Below, one piece after another: positions 36,137-45,744 of a stretch of 64,000 nt of DNA. Position 1 is the first letter of the stretch, and every line of letters begins with the position of its first letter. The notes beneath the pieces are model-generated. The model was not told where the DNA came from, searched no databases, and saw only the letters and a list, made by a program, of their open reading frames with translations. This DNA is from Acutalibacteraceae bacterium (lineage in GTDB: Bacteria; Bacillota; Clostridia; Oscillospirales; Acutalibacteraceae): assembly GCA_045660345.1 (NCBI GenBank), contig JAZRDP010000014.1:6615-70614 (forward strand). The letters are read 5' to 3'. Both the position numbers and the translations under genes were made by a program.

Positions 36137-36165
36137 ATTGTATAGGTTAAGTCGGATTTTGTCAA
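36137..36165 (-). promoter_or_regulatory. Sigma-A-type promoter of the riboswitch-nhaC unit
   Basis: On the minus strand: TTGACA (36160-36165), 17-nt spacer, TACAAT (36137-36142). Confidence 0.65.
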
Positions 36166-36233
36166 TAAATGTTATTTAATTAACATTTGGCATTTTAACC
36201 GAATATTAGAGATAAAATTTTACTTTATATCAA

Positions 36234-36261
36234 TTGCAAACAAAAATATTTGTGTTATACT
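36234..36261 (+). promoter_or_regulatory. Sigma-A-type promoter of fucI
   Basis: TTGCAA (36234-36239), 16-nt spacer, TGtTATACT extended -10 (hexamer at 36256-36261). Confidence 0.55.
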
Positions 36262-36276
36262 ATTAAATGAAATATT

Positions 36277-36294
36277 CTGTATTTTAAAATACAG
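36277..36294. promoter_or_regulatory. Perfect 18-bp palindrome between the fucI promoter and its SD (candidate operator)
   Basis: CTGTATTTTAAAATACAG read directly. It lies 15 nt downstream of the -10 hexamer and 4 nt before GAAAGGA. Confidence 0.4.
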
Positions 36295-36313
36295 TTGAAA
36301 GGATGATATTTTT

Positions 36314-38110
36314 ATGGCAGAGAACAGATTTCTCGGTGAATATCCCGTAATCGGTATTCGACCCACTATTGATGGCAGACGCGGTCCTCTTAAGGTTCGT
36401 GAATCTCTTGAAGATCAGGTTATGGGTATGGCTAAGGCAGCCGCAGATCTTTTCACAAAAAATCTTAAATATTCCAACGGTGAGCCCGTTAAGGTTGTTA
36501 TCGCTGATACAACTATCGGCCGTGTTGCAGAAGCTGCTGCTTGTGCAGAAAAATTCCGTAAGGAAGGTGTTCAGATTACTCTTACAGTAACTGCTTGCTG
36601 GTGCTATGGTTCTGAAACAATGGATATGGACCCCTCAACAATCAAGGGTGTTTGGGGCTTTAATGCAACAGAGCGTCCTGGTGCAGTTTATCTTGCATCA
36701 GTTCTTGCTGCTCATGCTCAGAAGGGTCTTCCCGCATTCGGAATCTATGGTAAAGATGTTCAGGATGCAGATGATACAACAGTTCCTGCTGATGTTCAGG
36801 AAAAACTTCTCCGCTTTGGTAGAGCTGCAGTTGCTGCTGCAACAATGAAGGGCAAATCCTATCTTCAGATTGGTTCAATCTGTATGGGTATCGCAGGCTC
36901 TTCAATTGATACAGATTTCTTTGAAGAATATCTTGGTATGCGTGTTGAATCCGTTGACGAGGTTGAAGTTATCCGTCGAATGGAAGAAGGCATCTATGAT
37001 GAAGAAGAATATCAGAGAGCTTACAAATGGGTTAAGGAAAACTGCAAGCAGGGCTTCGATAAGAACCCTGAATTTGTAAGAAAGAGCGATGAGGAGAAGG
37101 AAAAAGACTGGGAATTCACAGTTAAGATGATGTGCATCATCAAAGACCTTATGAATGGTAATCCCAATCTTCCTGAAGGCAGAGAGGAAGAAATGGCTGG
37201 TCACAATGCTATTGCAGCAGGCTTCCAGGGTCAGAGACAGTGGACAGACTTCTATCCCAACGCAGACTTTGCAGAAGCAATGCTCAACACAAGCTTCGAC
37301 TGGAACGGCACTCGTGAGCCCTACATTCTTGCAACAGAAAACGATACACTTAACGGTGTAAGTATGCTTTTCATGAAATTGCTTACAAACAGACCTCAGA
37401 TGTTCGCAGACGTTCGTACATACTGGAGCCCCGAAGCAGTTAAGAGAGTTACAGGTTATGACCTTGAAGGTAAAGCTAAAGAATCTCAGGGCTTTATTCA
37501 CCTTATTAACTCCGGTGCTTGCTGTCTTGATGCTTGCGGTGAGGTTAAGGATGAAAACGGCAACGGCATCATCAAAGAATGGTATGATGTAACTGACGAA
37601 GATATTAAGAAAATCAACGATGCAACAGAATGGTGTGCAGCTGATAACGGTTACTTCCGTGGCGGCGGATATTCAAGCCGATTCCTTACAAGAGCTGAAA
37701 TGCCTGCAACAATGATTCGTCTTAACCTTGTTAAAGGTCTTGGACCAACAATTCAGATTTGCGAAGGCTATACAGTTGCACTTCCCGATGAGGTTTCCGA
37801 CGTTATCTGGAAGAGAACAGACTACACATGGCCCTGCACATGGTTCGCTCCCACACTTACAGGAAAGGGTCCCTTCACATCAGCTTATGAGGTAATGAAC
37901 CATTGGGGTGCTAACCACGGCGCAATTTCCTATGGTCACATCGGTGCAGATATCATCACTCTCTGCTCAATGCTCAGAATCCCTGTTTCAATGCATAACG
38001 TTGACGAAAGCAAAATCTTCCGTCCCGCTTGCTGGAACGCATTCGGTACTCAGGAGCTTGAAAGTGCTGACTTCCGCGCATGCGAAGCATACGGCCCTCT
38101 CTATAAATAA
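36314..38110 (+). CDS. fucI: L-fucose isomerase
   Basis: 598 aa, collinear with E. coli FucI as I remember it ([57 protein letters not shown]). Confidence 0.93.
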   Translation: MAENRFLGEYPVIGIRPTIDGRRGPLKVRESLEDQVMGMAKAAADLFTKNLKYSNGEPVKVVIADTTIGRVAEAAACAEKFRKEGVQITLTVTACWCYGSETMDMDPSTIKGVWGFNATERPGAVYLASVLAAHAQKGLPAFGIYGKDVQDADDTTVPADVQEKLLRFGRAAVAAATMKGKSYLQIGSICMGIAGSSIDTDFFEEYLGMRVESVDEVEVIRRMEEGIYDEEEYQRAYKWVKENCKQGFDKNPEFVRKSDEEKEKDWEFTVKMMCIIKDLMNGNPNLPEGREEEMAGHNAIAAGFQGQRQWTDFYPNADFAEAMLNTSFDWNGTREPYILATENDTLNGVSMLFMKLLTNRPQMFADVRTYWSPEAVKRVTGYDLEGKAKESQGFIHLINSGACCLDACGEVKDENGNGIIKEWYDVTDEDIKKINDATEWCAADNGYFRGGGYSSRFLTRAEMPATMIRLNLVKGLGPTIQICEGYTVALPDEVSDVIWKRTDYTWPCTWFAPTLTGKGPFTSAYEVMNHWGANHGAISYGHIGADIITLCSMLRIPVSMHNVDESKIFRPACWNAFGTQELESADFRACEAYGPLYK

Positions 38111-38122
38111 GAGTAAAAATTT

Positions 38123-38156
38123 ACTCCTCTCGATTTTCAATCGGGAGGAGTTTTTA
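38123..38156. terminator. Bidirectional terminator
   Basis: 13-bp stem ACTCCTCTCGATT / AATCGGGAGGAGT (one G-U), followed by TTTTT. It lies between convergent genes. Confidence 0.8.
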
Positions 38157-38161
38157 TATTT

Positions 38162-40102
38162 CTATTTAATTTCAACCATCTGGTGAATGTCAACCTTGGG
38201 AACGATAAATTCTGCTCTGCCGTTAATATATTCAAAGCTTAATTCCTCGCCTGTTGGTACGAGAGTGATTTTTGATGGCTTTTCGCATTTTATGCTACAT
38301 TTAACATTATAAAGAGGAACGGTATCTTCAATAATCTCGGTGTTTTTGCCACGAACTGTTGTATGAGCAAAAAGAAGGTGGAGAATGTGTCTGTTTTTCT
38401 TTTCCTGCTTTGTGTAGGTAACAACTGCTCTGTCTGGAACATCTGCAAAAACAGTGAAATCATCACCCATCATTTTCTTTATGATGTATGTGAAAAGCTC
38501 CTTGAAGCAAAGGTGTCCGTGATTTGCATAAGCTGAGAAAATGTCCCATCCGATATAAGCGATATTGCCGTTGATAACTGCACCGGGGAAGGCTTTGTCA
38601 GGGTTATTGGGAGCGTGAGCGTGAGAGCAGAAATGCTCCAATGTTCTGTTGAAATATGGGTTCTGCATATATGCAACAATTTCGCCCTCAGCTACATCAA
38701 ACTTATTAAAATCACAGCGCATAACATATTCTGTTTTGCCGTTTACTGTTTTAAATTCGGGAACAAAATAAGTGGGATTAAAGTCATTTTCACCCTTATA
38801 TTCTGCGCCGAAGTCAAGGAAGAATTTTCCGTACTTGATCAGTGATTTTGCAGTAGCGATAATTTTACCACCGTTTTCTGCAAAGCCTTTGATTTTTTCA
38901 ATGGTTTCAGCATTGTTAATTGTAACATCGGGAAGAATAAGAAGCTTGTAGGCAGAAAAATCTGCATCCTCGTCAATAAAATTATAAAGGAAATGATTTT
39001 CAAGGAGCATTCTGTTTGCGCCCGTATCTGCCTTTACATCTCTGTCACCGGTGATAGCCTCTGCGCTTAATACGGCAATATCTGCAAGGTTTACTGCGCC
39101 ATTCAACCATGGTTCCTTTTCTTCAACCAAGGAATATGCTTTACCGATAAGATTATAGGTTGCCATATTCATTTCTGAAAGAGGATGCATCTGGTCACCG
39201 ATTGAACAGCCTGCACCATTTGCCACGCTTAAAGCAGTTTCATAAATAAGCGCGTTAGGGTGCTTGTAGCCACCGAATTCGCCCCAGCTATGATGGAATT
39301 TACCTGTCATACCAAGGAATTCCTTGTCCTTAACTGTACGGACATAAGCGGCAGAAAGAGGGAAATGGTCGTAGCCCCAACCACCTGTTGGCAAGCTTTC
39401 AAGCTCAAGGTGTGAGTTGGAATTTATGTAACGATAATCACCCTTTGGAATATGACCGCTATTATGGAAAATTGTTGCAGTGTCACTATGCTTTCTTACG
39501 GCATTATTAGTGGCTCCAAGGTATTTATTAAATACTGATTGAGCAAAGTCTTCTCTGTCCTTTGCATTTTCTATATCAAGACCAAGCTTCTTCATATCGC
39601 TGATACACTTGTCACAATAGCAGATTCTTGGCGCAATAATGTCAAGGAAAATACCGCAGGGATTATATTTCACCATAACCTCTTCAATCTGGGCGCAAAA
39701 CAAATCAAGATAGCCTGTGTTAAAGCAAAGAGTATGGAAATGAACCTCTTTTTCATATTCAAGCTGGTCTTCCTTGTCAGGAGTATGGCGCCAACGCCAT
39801 TCGGGGTGCTTGATATATTCCTTTTCGTCATAGCCTGCAGAAATATAAACAGGGGCATTAACATCAATTTCCTTGCATGCCTCAAGCTGAGCTCCAAGTA
39901 AATCAAAGTCTAACTGAGGATGTATTTCATTAACCTCGGTGGGATGATAGGACCATCCGTGATGGCATTTTGAAAATATAGTAATAGAATCAATATGTCC
40001 TGCCTTTAAAGCCTTCTGGAATTGCTCCTTTGAAAAGCTTTTACCAACGGGAACATGTTCACTTGTATGAAAATCGAGATGAACCTGTCTTTTTCTGAGC
40101 AT
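38162..40102 (-). CDS. Putative glycoside hydrolase (GHL6-like N-domain plus GH42-type trimerisation-like domain)
   Basis: 646 aa. The N-terminus RQVHLDFHTSEH...FSKCHHGWSYHPT resembles the hypothetical glycosyl hydrolase 6 family. No signal peptide. Confidence 0.55.
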   Translation of the reverse strand: MLRKRQVHLDFHTSEHVPVGKSFSKEQFQKALKAGHIDSITIFSKCHHGWSYHPTEVNEIHPQLDFDLLGAQLEACKEIDVNAPVYISAGYDEKEYIKHPEWRWRHTPDKEDQLEYEKEVHFHTLCFNTGYLDLFCAQIEEVMVKYNPCGIFLDIIAPRICYCDKCISDMKKLGLDIENAKDREDFAQSVFNKYLGATNNAVRKHSDTATIFHNSGHIPKGDYRYINSNSHLELESLPTGGWGYDHFPLSAAYVRTVKDKEFLGMTGKFHHSWGEFGGYKHPNALIYETALSVANGAGCSIGDQMHPLSEMNMATYNLIGKAYSLVEEKEPWLNGAVNLADIAVLSAEAITGDRDVKADTGANRMLLENHFLYNFIDEDADFSAYKLLILPDVTINNAETIEKIKGFAENGGKIIATAKSLIKYGKFFLDFGAEYKGENDFNPTYFVPEFKTVNGKTEYVMRCDFNKFDVAEGEIVAYMQNPYFNRTLEHFCSHAHAPNNPDKAFPGAVINGNIAYIGWDIFSAYANHGHLCFKELFTYIIKKMMGDDFTVFADVPDRAVVTYTKQEKKNRHILHLLFAHTTVRGKNTEIIEDTVPLYNVKCSIKCEKPSKITLVPTGEELSFEYINGRAEFIVPKVDIHQMVEIK

Positions 40103-40230
40103 AGAAATACCCCCAAAATAGTTTATAAAAATATTATATAAGACAAAGGAAGATAATGCAATAATGATATTGCTTTTACGAAATTTTTATGATAACCTAA
40201 AATTACACTAAAAAAACAAAGGGTGATTAT

Positions 40231-41055
40231 ATGAAATTAGGTATTATAAACGGCTGGGAAGAGGGCAATATCAAGTATGTTAGCGATAAGGGTCTTGAAG
40301 CCGTTGAATTCTGCGTAAATCATAACTACAATTCTGCTGAATTTCTCGGGAAAGCCAATGATATCAAGGGCTATTGCGAAAAATATGGCGTTAAGGTAGG
40401 CTCAATGGGAAGATGGGGACAGACTCGTATCGACGATAACGGTGAAATCATTCCCGAGGCTCTTCAGGACGATAAAAATATTATAGATGCAGCATCAATT
40501 CTTGGTTGCCCCGTGTTTAACACAGGTGTCAACTATACTGATTCAAAAAGCTTCTATGAAAACTGCGAAATTGCGATTGATTACCTCAGACAGCTTATTG
40601 AATATGCAGAAGAAAAGAAGGTTAAAATTTCAGTTTATAATTGCTCTTGGGAAAACTTTGTTGTTGAGCCAAAGGCATGGTATACAATTCTTTCTGCGCT
40701 TCCGAAATTGGGCATAAAATACGATGCTTCTCATTGTCTCAGTAGAGGTGGTAACTACCTTGCAGAAATCAGAGATTGGGGCGAAAGATTTTATCATTTC
40801 CACCTTAAGGGCGCAGTTTATATTGACGGCGAGCATTACGATGATGCTCCTGCAGGACTTGATATGATTGATTGGAAATCTGTTATGGATTTACTTTATA
40901 CCAAAAATTATGACGGTATGCTTTCAATCGAGCCTCATTCACATTTCTGGACAGGCAAAAAGGGTCAATGGGGAATTGATTATACAATAAACTATTTCAG
41001 ACCTATGATTATGCCTGAGAATTGCGAATACGAAGACAATCCCTATATGCCGTAA
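40231..41055 (+). CDS. Sugar phosphate isomerase/epimerase (xylose-isomerase-like TIM barrel)
   Basis: 274 aa. TIM-barrel AP_endonuc_2-like pattern (HFHLKG, LSIEPH). Confidence 0.7.
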   Translation: MKLGIINGWEEGNIKYVSDKGLEAVEFCVNHNYNSAEFLGKANDIKGYCEKYGVKVGSMGRWGQTRIDDNGEIIPEALQDDKNIIDAASILGCPVFNTGVNYTDSKSFYENCEIAIDYLRQLIEYAEEKKVKISVYNCSWENFVVEPKAWYTILSALPKLGIKYDASHCLSRGGNYLAEIRDWGERFYHFHLKGAVYIDGEHYDDAPAGLDMIDWKSVMDLLYTKNYDGMLSIEPHSHFWTGKKGQWGIDYTINYFRPMIMPENCEYEDNPYMP

Positions 41056-41072
41056 GTAAGGAGTTAACTTGT

Positions 41073-42713
41073 ATGAAAAAATTTTTATGTGTTATTTTTG
41101 CAGTGATTTTTATTTTTACTGCTGTTCCCTTTGTATCAGCAGAAACGGTTAATAAGGTTACATATTATATCGACTCTGAAAATGGCGACAACTCCAATTC
41201 AGGCACAAGCGAAGCGGAGGCTTGGAAAGACTTGGGTGGTTTCACAGGGGAGCAAGCTCTTTATGGCGGAGTCAGTGTTCTTTTCAAATGTGGCGGAACT
41301 TATGATTTCAAGGTCGAATTAAATGATATTAACGGCACAAAGGAAAATCCTTTTGTTATTTCCTCCTATGGTGAGGGTGAAAGACCAATTCTAACCACGC
41401 AGGAAAATGATGAAATCCTCACTCTTATTGACTGCTCATATATTACAATTTCAAATTTGCAAATGGTAGCTCCTAATGGTGGAGGTATCTGGATTGATAC
41501 GCTTAATAAAACCTCGGTAGGAATTACTATTGATAACGTTTATTTCCATGGTATGCCTAATGGAAAGGTAGATAACCGTGACAACCTTTCCATTGGTGCC
41601 GCAGGTGCAAGAGCAGCAGTTATGGTTAAGGGTCTTCCCGCCCGTTCAAGATACGCAGTAAACGACCTTACAATTAAAAACTGCGAGGTTTATGATTGTG
41701 CAAATGGTTTTTTGATATGGGGATCATGGAATGATGAACAGAATCCATGGTGCGAGGAAAAGGATGCAGACCCCATTTACAATACAGGGCTTCTTATTGA
41801 GGGCTGCTATTTTCATGAAATGGATGCAGAAGCAGTAATTGTAGGTATTTGCGATGGTGCTTTGGTTACAAACTGTCGCGCGATTAACACCTGTCAGGGT
41901 GAGGGCGTTGATGAAAACGGAGAAATCCTTTATTTCACAGCAGCGATGTGGTTCTGGGGTAGCGAGAACAGTACTATTCAATATTGCGAAATTGCAGGTC
42001 AGAAAAACTTTGGCGACGGAATGAGTATTGACTTTGACTCCTGTACCAATAACTGCACCTATCAGTATATCTATTCTCACGATAATATGAGATTTATGTG
42101 CAACAATGCAAAGGAAAGCCCACAGAAAAACAATACAGTAAGATACTGCCTTTCTGTGAATGATAACGGCGGCAGAAGTGCTATTGCATCGGGTAATGGC
42201 GAGGATAATTTCAAATTCTACAACAATACAATTATCAACTGTCACGATTTACATGTGCGTTACCTTACAAACAGTTATTTTGCAAATAATATAATCATCC
42301 CCGAGGATGGTTGCATTTTGTACTTTAACAAAAAGGAAGAAAAGGATGCAAACAATACCTTTACAAATAACTGTTACGCATACACAATGAAGCGTAGCTT
42401 TGACCCAGATGCCTTGAATATTGTTCCTAACTTTGTTGGTGGTGAGGGTCCGGATGCCTATAAGCTGGTTGAAGGCTCAGCTCTCATCGGTGCCGGTGCT
42501 GATATTGAAAACGATTTGACTGTTGACTTCTTCGGAAACGAAATAACAGAAAATAATATCGGCTGTTATGGTGGTTCAGGTGAAGAAGCAACTGATTATT
42601 CCAAAGATACAGAAAATGAAACAGGTATTCAACGCTTTAAACGATTAGCGAAAACTGCCTTTGAAACATTAAAAAAAGAAGTTGTAAAAATAATCGAAGA
42701 CATCAAAGGGTAA
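41073..42713 (+). CDS. Secreted right-handed parallel beta-helix repeat protein
   Basis: ORF 41022.. trimmed to ATG 41073 (TAAGGAG SD, signal peptide MKKFLCVIFAVIFIFTAVPFVSA). Periodic I/V-x-N/G-C motifs typical of pectate-lyase-fold proteins. Confidence 0.65.
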   Translation: MKKFLCVIFAVIFIFTAVPFVSAETVNKVTYYIDSENGDNSNSGTSEAEAWKDLGGFTGEQALYGGVSVLFKCGGTYDFKVELNDINGTKENPFVISSYGEGERPILTTQENDEILTLIDCSYITISNLQMVAPNGGGIWIDTLNKTSVGITIDNVYFHGMPNGKVDNRDNLSIGAAGARAAVMVKGLPARSRYAVNDLTIKNCEVYDCANGFLIWGSWNDEQNPWCEEKDADPIYNTGLLIEGCYFHEMDAEAVIVGICDGALVTNCRAINTCQGEGVDENGEILYFTAAMWFWGSENSTIQYCEIAGQKNFGDGMSIDFDSCTNNCTYQYIYSHDNMRFMCNNAKESPQKNNTVRYCLSVNDNGGRSAIASGNGEDNFKFYNNTIINCHDLHVRYLTNSYFANNIIIPEDGCILYFNKKEEKDANNTFTNNCYAYTMKRSFDPDALNIVPNFVGGEGPDAYKLVEGSALIGAGADIENDLTVDFFGNEITENNIGCYGGSGEEATDYSKDTENETGIQRFKRLAKTAFETLKKEVVKIIEDIKG

Positions 42714-42740
42714 AAAACAAAAAAACGGTGTTTCTTATTT

Positions 42741-42790
42741 AAACTGTTCCAAATTGTACTGTCCGCACAATTTGGGGCAGTTTATTTTTC
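42741..42790 (+). terminator. Rho-independent terminator after the beta-helix gene
   Basis: 17-bp stem AAACTGTTCCAAATTGT / ACAATTTGGGGCAGTTT (two G-U pairs), followed by ATTTTTC. Confidence 0.75.
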
Positions 42791-42840
42791 GGGGTTGTTT
42801 TATTGACTTGTTTAGTTTAAAATGTGGTTGTAAGGAGTGA

Positions 42841-45102
42841 ATGCTTATGTGGAAATTTATAAGAATATTGGTTTCGGGCTTCATAGCCATTGAAACTCTT
42901 ATAGGAAATATTGCAAACGGAGTTACAGTAAAAAATATAACTATGCCCGATATTAACATGGGTGAATATACTCAGTATGTTGATGTTTTTGTAGGCACGG
43001 GCGGTACTCCTTGGACCTGCGGTATGCTTAGCCCTGCAGCCTGCGCTCCATTTGGCACCGTAAGGCTCGGCCCTGACACCTCCTTTGTAGGTGGCGCATT
43101 TGTTATGAAAACAAACACATCAGGCTATTATTATGAAAACAGACATATCAAGGGCTTCAGCCATTCAAGGCTTTCAGGAACAGGCGCAACTGATTATGGT
43201 ATTTTCAGGGTTACTCCAGCTATAGGTGACAAAAAAGCAGGTGTAATTCCATTTTCTCATAAAAATGAGGTTGCCTCTGCGGGCTATTATGCAGTTTATC
43301 TTGATACTCTCGGTTGCCTTGCAGAAATGACTGCTGACGAGCATACAGGTGTTCATAGATACACATTCAATCACTCAAAGGATGCCCGCCTTTCCGTTGA
43401 TGTTACAAGTGCTGCAGGTAATAACAGCTGCACAGACGGCTTCGCTTCATTTGATAAAGAAAGCGGTCTTCTTACAGGTGGCGCAGTTCTCAGAGCAGTT
43501 TTTTCCGAAAGATATGACGGCTTACCTATATATTTTGCAGCAAGGGCCGATAAAGAGATTAAGTCCTGCACAATTTCAGGGGATGAAACAAATCTTATTG
43601 CCGATATTAACTTTGGCTCTCTCGAAAACGAAAGCGTGGAGCTTAAGGTAGGCATAAGCTTTGTAAGTGTAGAAAATGCAATCCTCAACCTAGAGGAAGA
43701 AACAAAGGGTCTTGATTTTGACGGAGTCAGAGAAAAAACTCTTGAAAACTGGGAAAATCATCTTTCTGCTATCAAGATTGAAAACGAAGATACAGAGATT
43801 AAAAAGAATTTCTACACCTCTCTCTATCACACAATGATAATGCCAACAAATTTCACCGATGTAAATGGTGAATACCTTGGCTTTGATAAAGAAGTGCATA
43901 CGGCAGAGGGTTATACATACAGAACAGATATGTCCCTGTGGGACACCTGCCGAAACACTCATTCCTTATATATGCTCATAGAGCCTCAGGTGCAGAATGA
44001 CTGCCTTAAAAGTCTTGTGGAAATGGCAGAAACGGGTGGTGCGCTTCCTCGTTGGCCCATGGGTGCAGGCTACGCGGGATCAATGATTGGTGACCCTGCA
44101 AACATCGTAATAACTGAAAGCTATCTTAAAAATTACAGAGATTTTGATGTAGAGGTCGCCTATGAATATATGAAAAAATCCTCTGACAGCCGAGTTGAGA
44201 AGGTTGGCAGAGAATATGTGGAGCTATATAATGAATATGGCTATGTTCCCAATGATGCTGAGGGCGTTGACGATTCAGTAAGCCATACTCTCGAATATTC
44301 ATGGGTTGACGGTGCGCTTTCAACTCTTGCAGATGCCTTGGGCAAAACAAAGGATGCAGAGAAATACGCCGAAAAATCTATGAACTATAAAAACATTTTT
44401 GATACTGAAACCAAGTATTTCAGAGCAAAAAATGCAGATGGAAGCTTTGACAGTAACTTTAATCCGAAAATTAATTCATATTTTGGTTTAGGCTTCCTTG
44501 ATAAATATGTGGGCTGCTATTGCGAGGGTAGTGCTCAGCATTGGAGATACAGTGCTATGCACGATATTGACGGAATGATTGAGCTTTTCGGCTCAGAGGA
44601 ATATTTTGTTTCTGAGCTTGAAGAGTTTATGAAGGATGCAACCCCAAGAAGAGCCCAGTGGAATCCCGGTGCAGGCTATTGGATTGGTAATCAGCACGAT
44701 ATACATACTGCATATCTTTTTGCAAATGCAGGAAGAAGTGACCTTACACAAAAATGGGTTCGCTGGACACTTGAAAATCGCTTCAGTGCCGATATTAACG
44801 GACTTGACGGAAACGATGACGGTGGCACAATAAGCGCATGGTATGTTTTCTCATCTATGGGTTTTTACCCATTGGCAGGTACAGATAAGTATTGGCTTGG
44901 TTCGCCAAATCTTGATAGTGCTGAAATCAGCTTATCCAATGGCAAAACACTTAAAATAACTGCCATAAATCAGAGTGATAAAAACATTTATGTTGAAAAG
45001 GTTACCTTTAATGGTAAAGAATTAAAAGATATATACATTACTCACGAGGAGCTTATGAAAGGCGGAGAGCTTATTTTTACAATGAGTGACGAGAGTAAAT
45101 AA
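42841..45102 (+). CDS. GH92 family alpha-mannosidase-like glycoside hydrolase
   Basis: 753 aa. N-terminal anchor, then VFVGTGG....P.A..PFGTVRLGPDT, the GH92 N-terminal signature. AAGGAG SD. Confidence 0.8.
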   Translation: MLMWKFIRILVSGFIAIETLIGNIANGVTVKNITMPDINMGEYTQYVDVFVGTGGTPWTCGMLSPAACAPFGTVRLGPDTSFVGGAFVMKTNTSGYYYENRHIKGFSHSRLSGTGATDYGIFRVTPAIGDKKAGVIPFSHKNEVASAGYYAVYLDTLGCLAEMTADEHTGVHRYTFNHSKDARLSVDVTSAAGNNSCTDGFASFDKESGLLTGGAVLRAVFSERYDGLPIYFAARADKEIKSCTISGDETNLIADINFGSLENESVELKVGISFVSVENAILNLEEETKGLDFDGVREKTLENWENHLSAIKIENEDTEIKKNFYTSLYHTMIMPTNFTDVNGEYLGFDKEVHTAEGYTYRTDMSLWDTCRNTHSLYMLIEPQVQNDCLKSLVEMAETGGALPRWPMGAGYAGSMIGDPANIVITESYLKNYRDFDVEVAYEYMKKSSDSRVEKVGREYVELYNEYGYVPNDAEGVDDSVSHTLEYSWVDGALSTLADALGKTKDAEKYAEKSMNYKNIFDTETKYFRAKNADGSFDSNFNPKINSYFGLGFLDKYVGCYCEGSAQHWRYSAMHDIDGMIELFGSEEYFVSELEEFMKDATPRRAQWNPGAGYWIGNQHDIHTAYLFANAGRSDLTQKWVRWTLENRFSADINGLDGNDDGGTISAWYVFSSMGFYPLAGTDKYWLGSPNLDSAEISLSNGKTLKITAINQSDKNIYVEKVTFNGKELKDIYITHEELMKGGELIFTMSDESK

Positions 45103-45146
45103 AAAACGCAGAGTTTACACTCCAAAAGGTGTAAACTCTGTTTTTA
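45101..45146. terminator. Bidirectional terminator
   Basis: CAGAGTTTACAC / GTGTAAACTCTG (12 bp), flanked by an A-run and a T-run, between convergent genes. Confidence 0.8.
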
Positions 45147-45151
45147 ATTTA

Positions 45152-45718
45152 TCAGCTCTTTCCTTTTAACAAGGGTTTAATTTTTTTATATAATTCTGTT
45201 ACTTTTTTGTTGTCGTGCAATTCTTTCATAAGGTAATTGTGAACGCCCTCTTTACTTTTTCTTTCACATAAAGCCTTATAAACATTAGAGGAATATTTTT
45301 CATTATCTTTACCAATAAGGGCGGTTATTTCCTGAATAAGTTCATTTTTTGAGTTCTGAACATCGGTTGTTATATCTTCAACTCGGGAAATTTCAATTTT
45401 TTTACTTTTCCAAAGTTCTATTGTACTATCATATCCCTTGTCTTTTGAAACAATAACAAACTCTTGTCCTTCATTTTTGGCTATTTTATAGCCTAAAATT
45501 GAAGCGAGTTGAAAATCCAAAGCATTTTTTCTATCTAATCTGATTTTGATATATTCAATAGTTGCCTTGCTTTCACATAATCGTCTATGTAACCCAAAGG
45601 TTAGTTTGTCTTGATTCTCACTATAAAAAATACAAACAGAATCATCTTCAGTTAATTTTGCAACACCTTTTAAACCTTCAACACGAACATTTTCGTAATC
45701 AATTAAATATATAGCCAT
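45152..45718 (-). CDS. NYN/PIN-like domain protein with a helical C-terminal domain
   Basis: 188 aa. MAIYLIDYENV...ALDFQL...VSKDKGYD pattern of LabA/NYN-type nuclease folds. Confidence 0.55.
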   Translation of the reverse strand: MAIYLIDYENVRVEGLKGVAKLTEDDSVCIFYSENQDKLTFGLHRRLCESKATIEYIKIRLDRKNALDFQLASILGYKIAKNEGQEFVIVSKDKGYDSTIELWKSKKIEISRVEDITTDVQNSKNELIQEITALIGKDNEKYSSNVYKALCERKSKEGVHNYLMKELHDNKKVTELYKKIKPLLKGKS

Positions 45719-45744
45719 AATTCAACCTCGCATTTTAAAAATTT

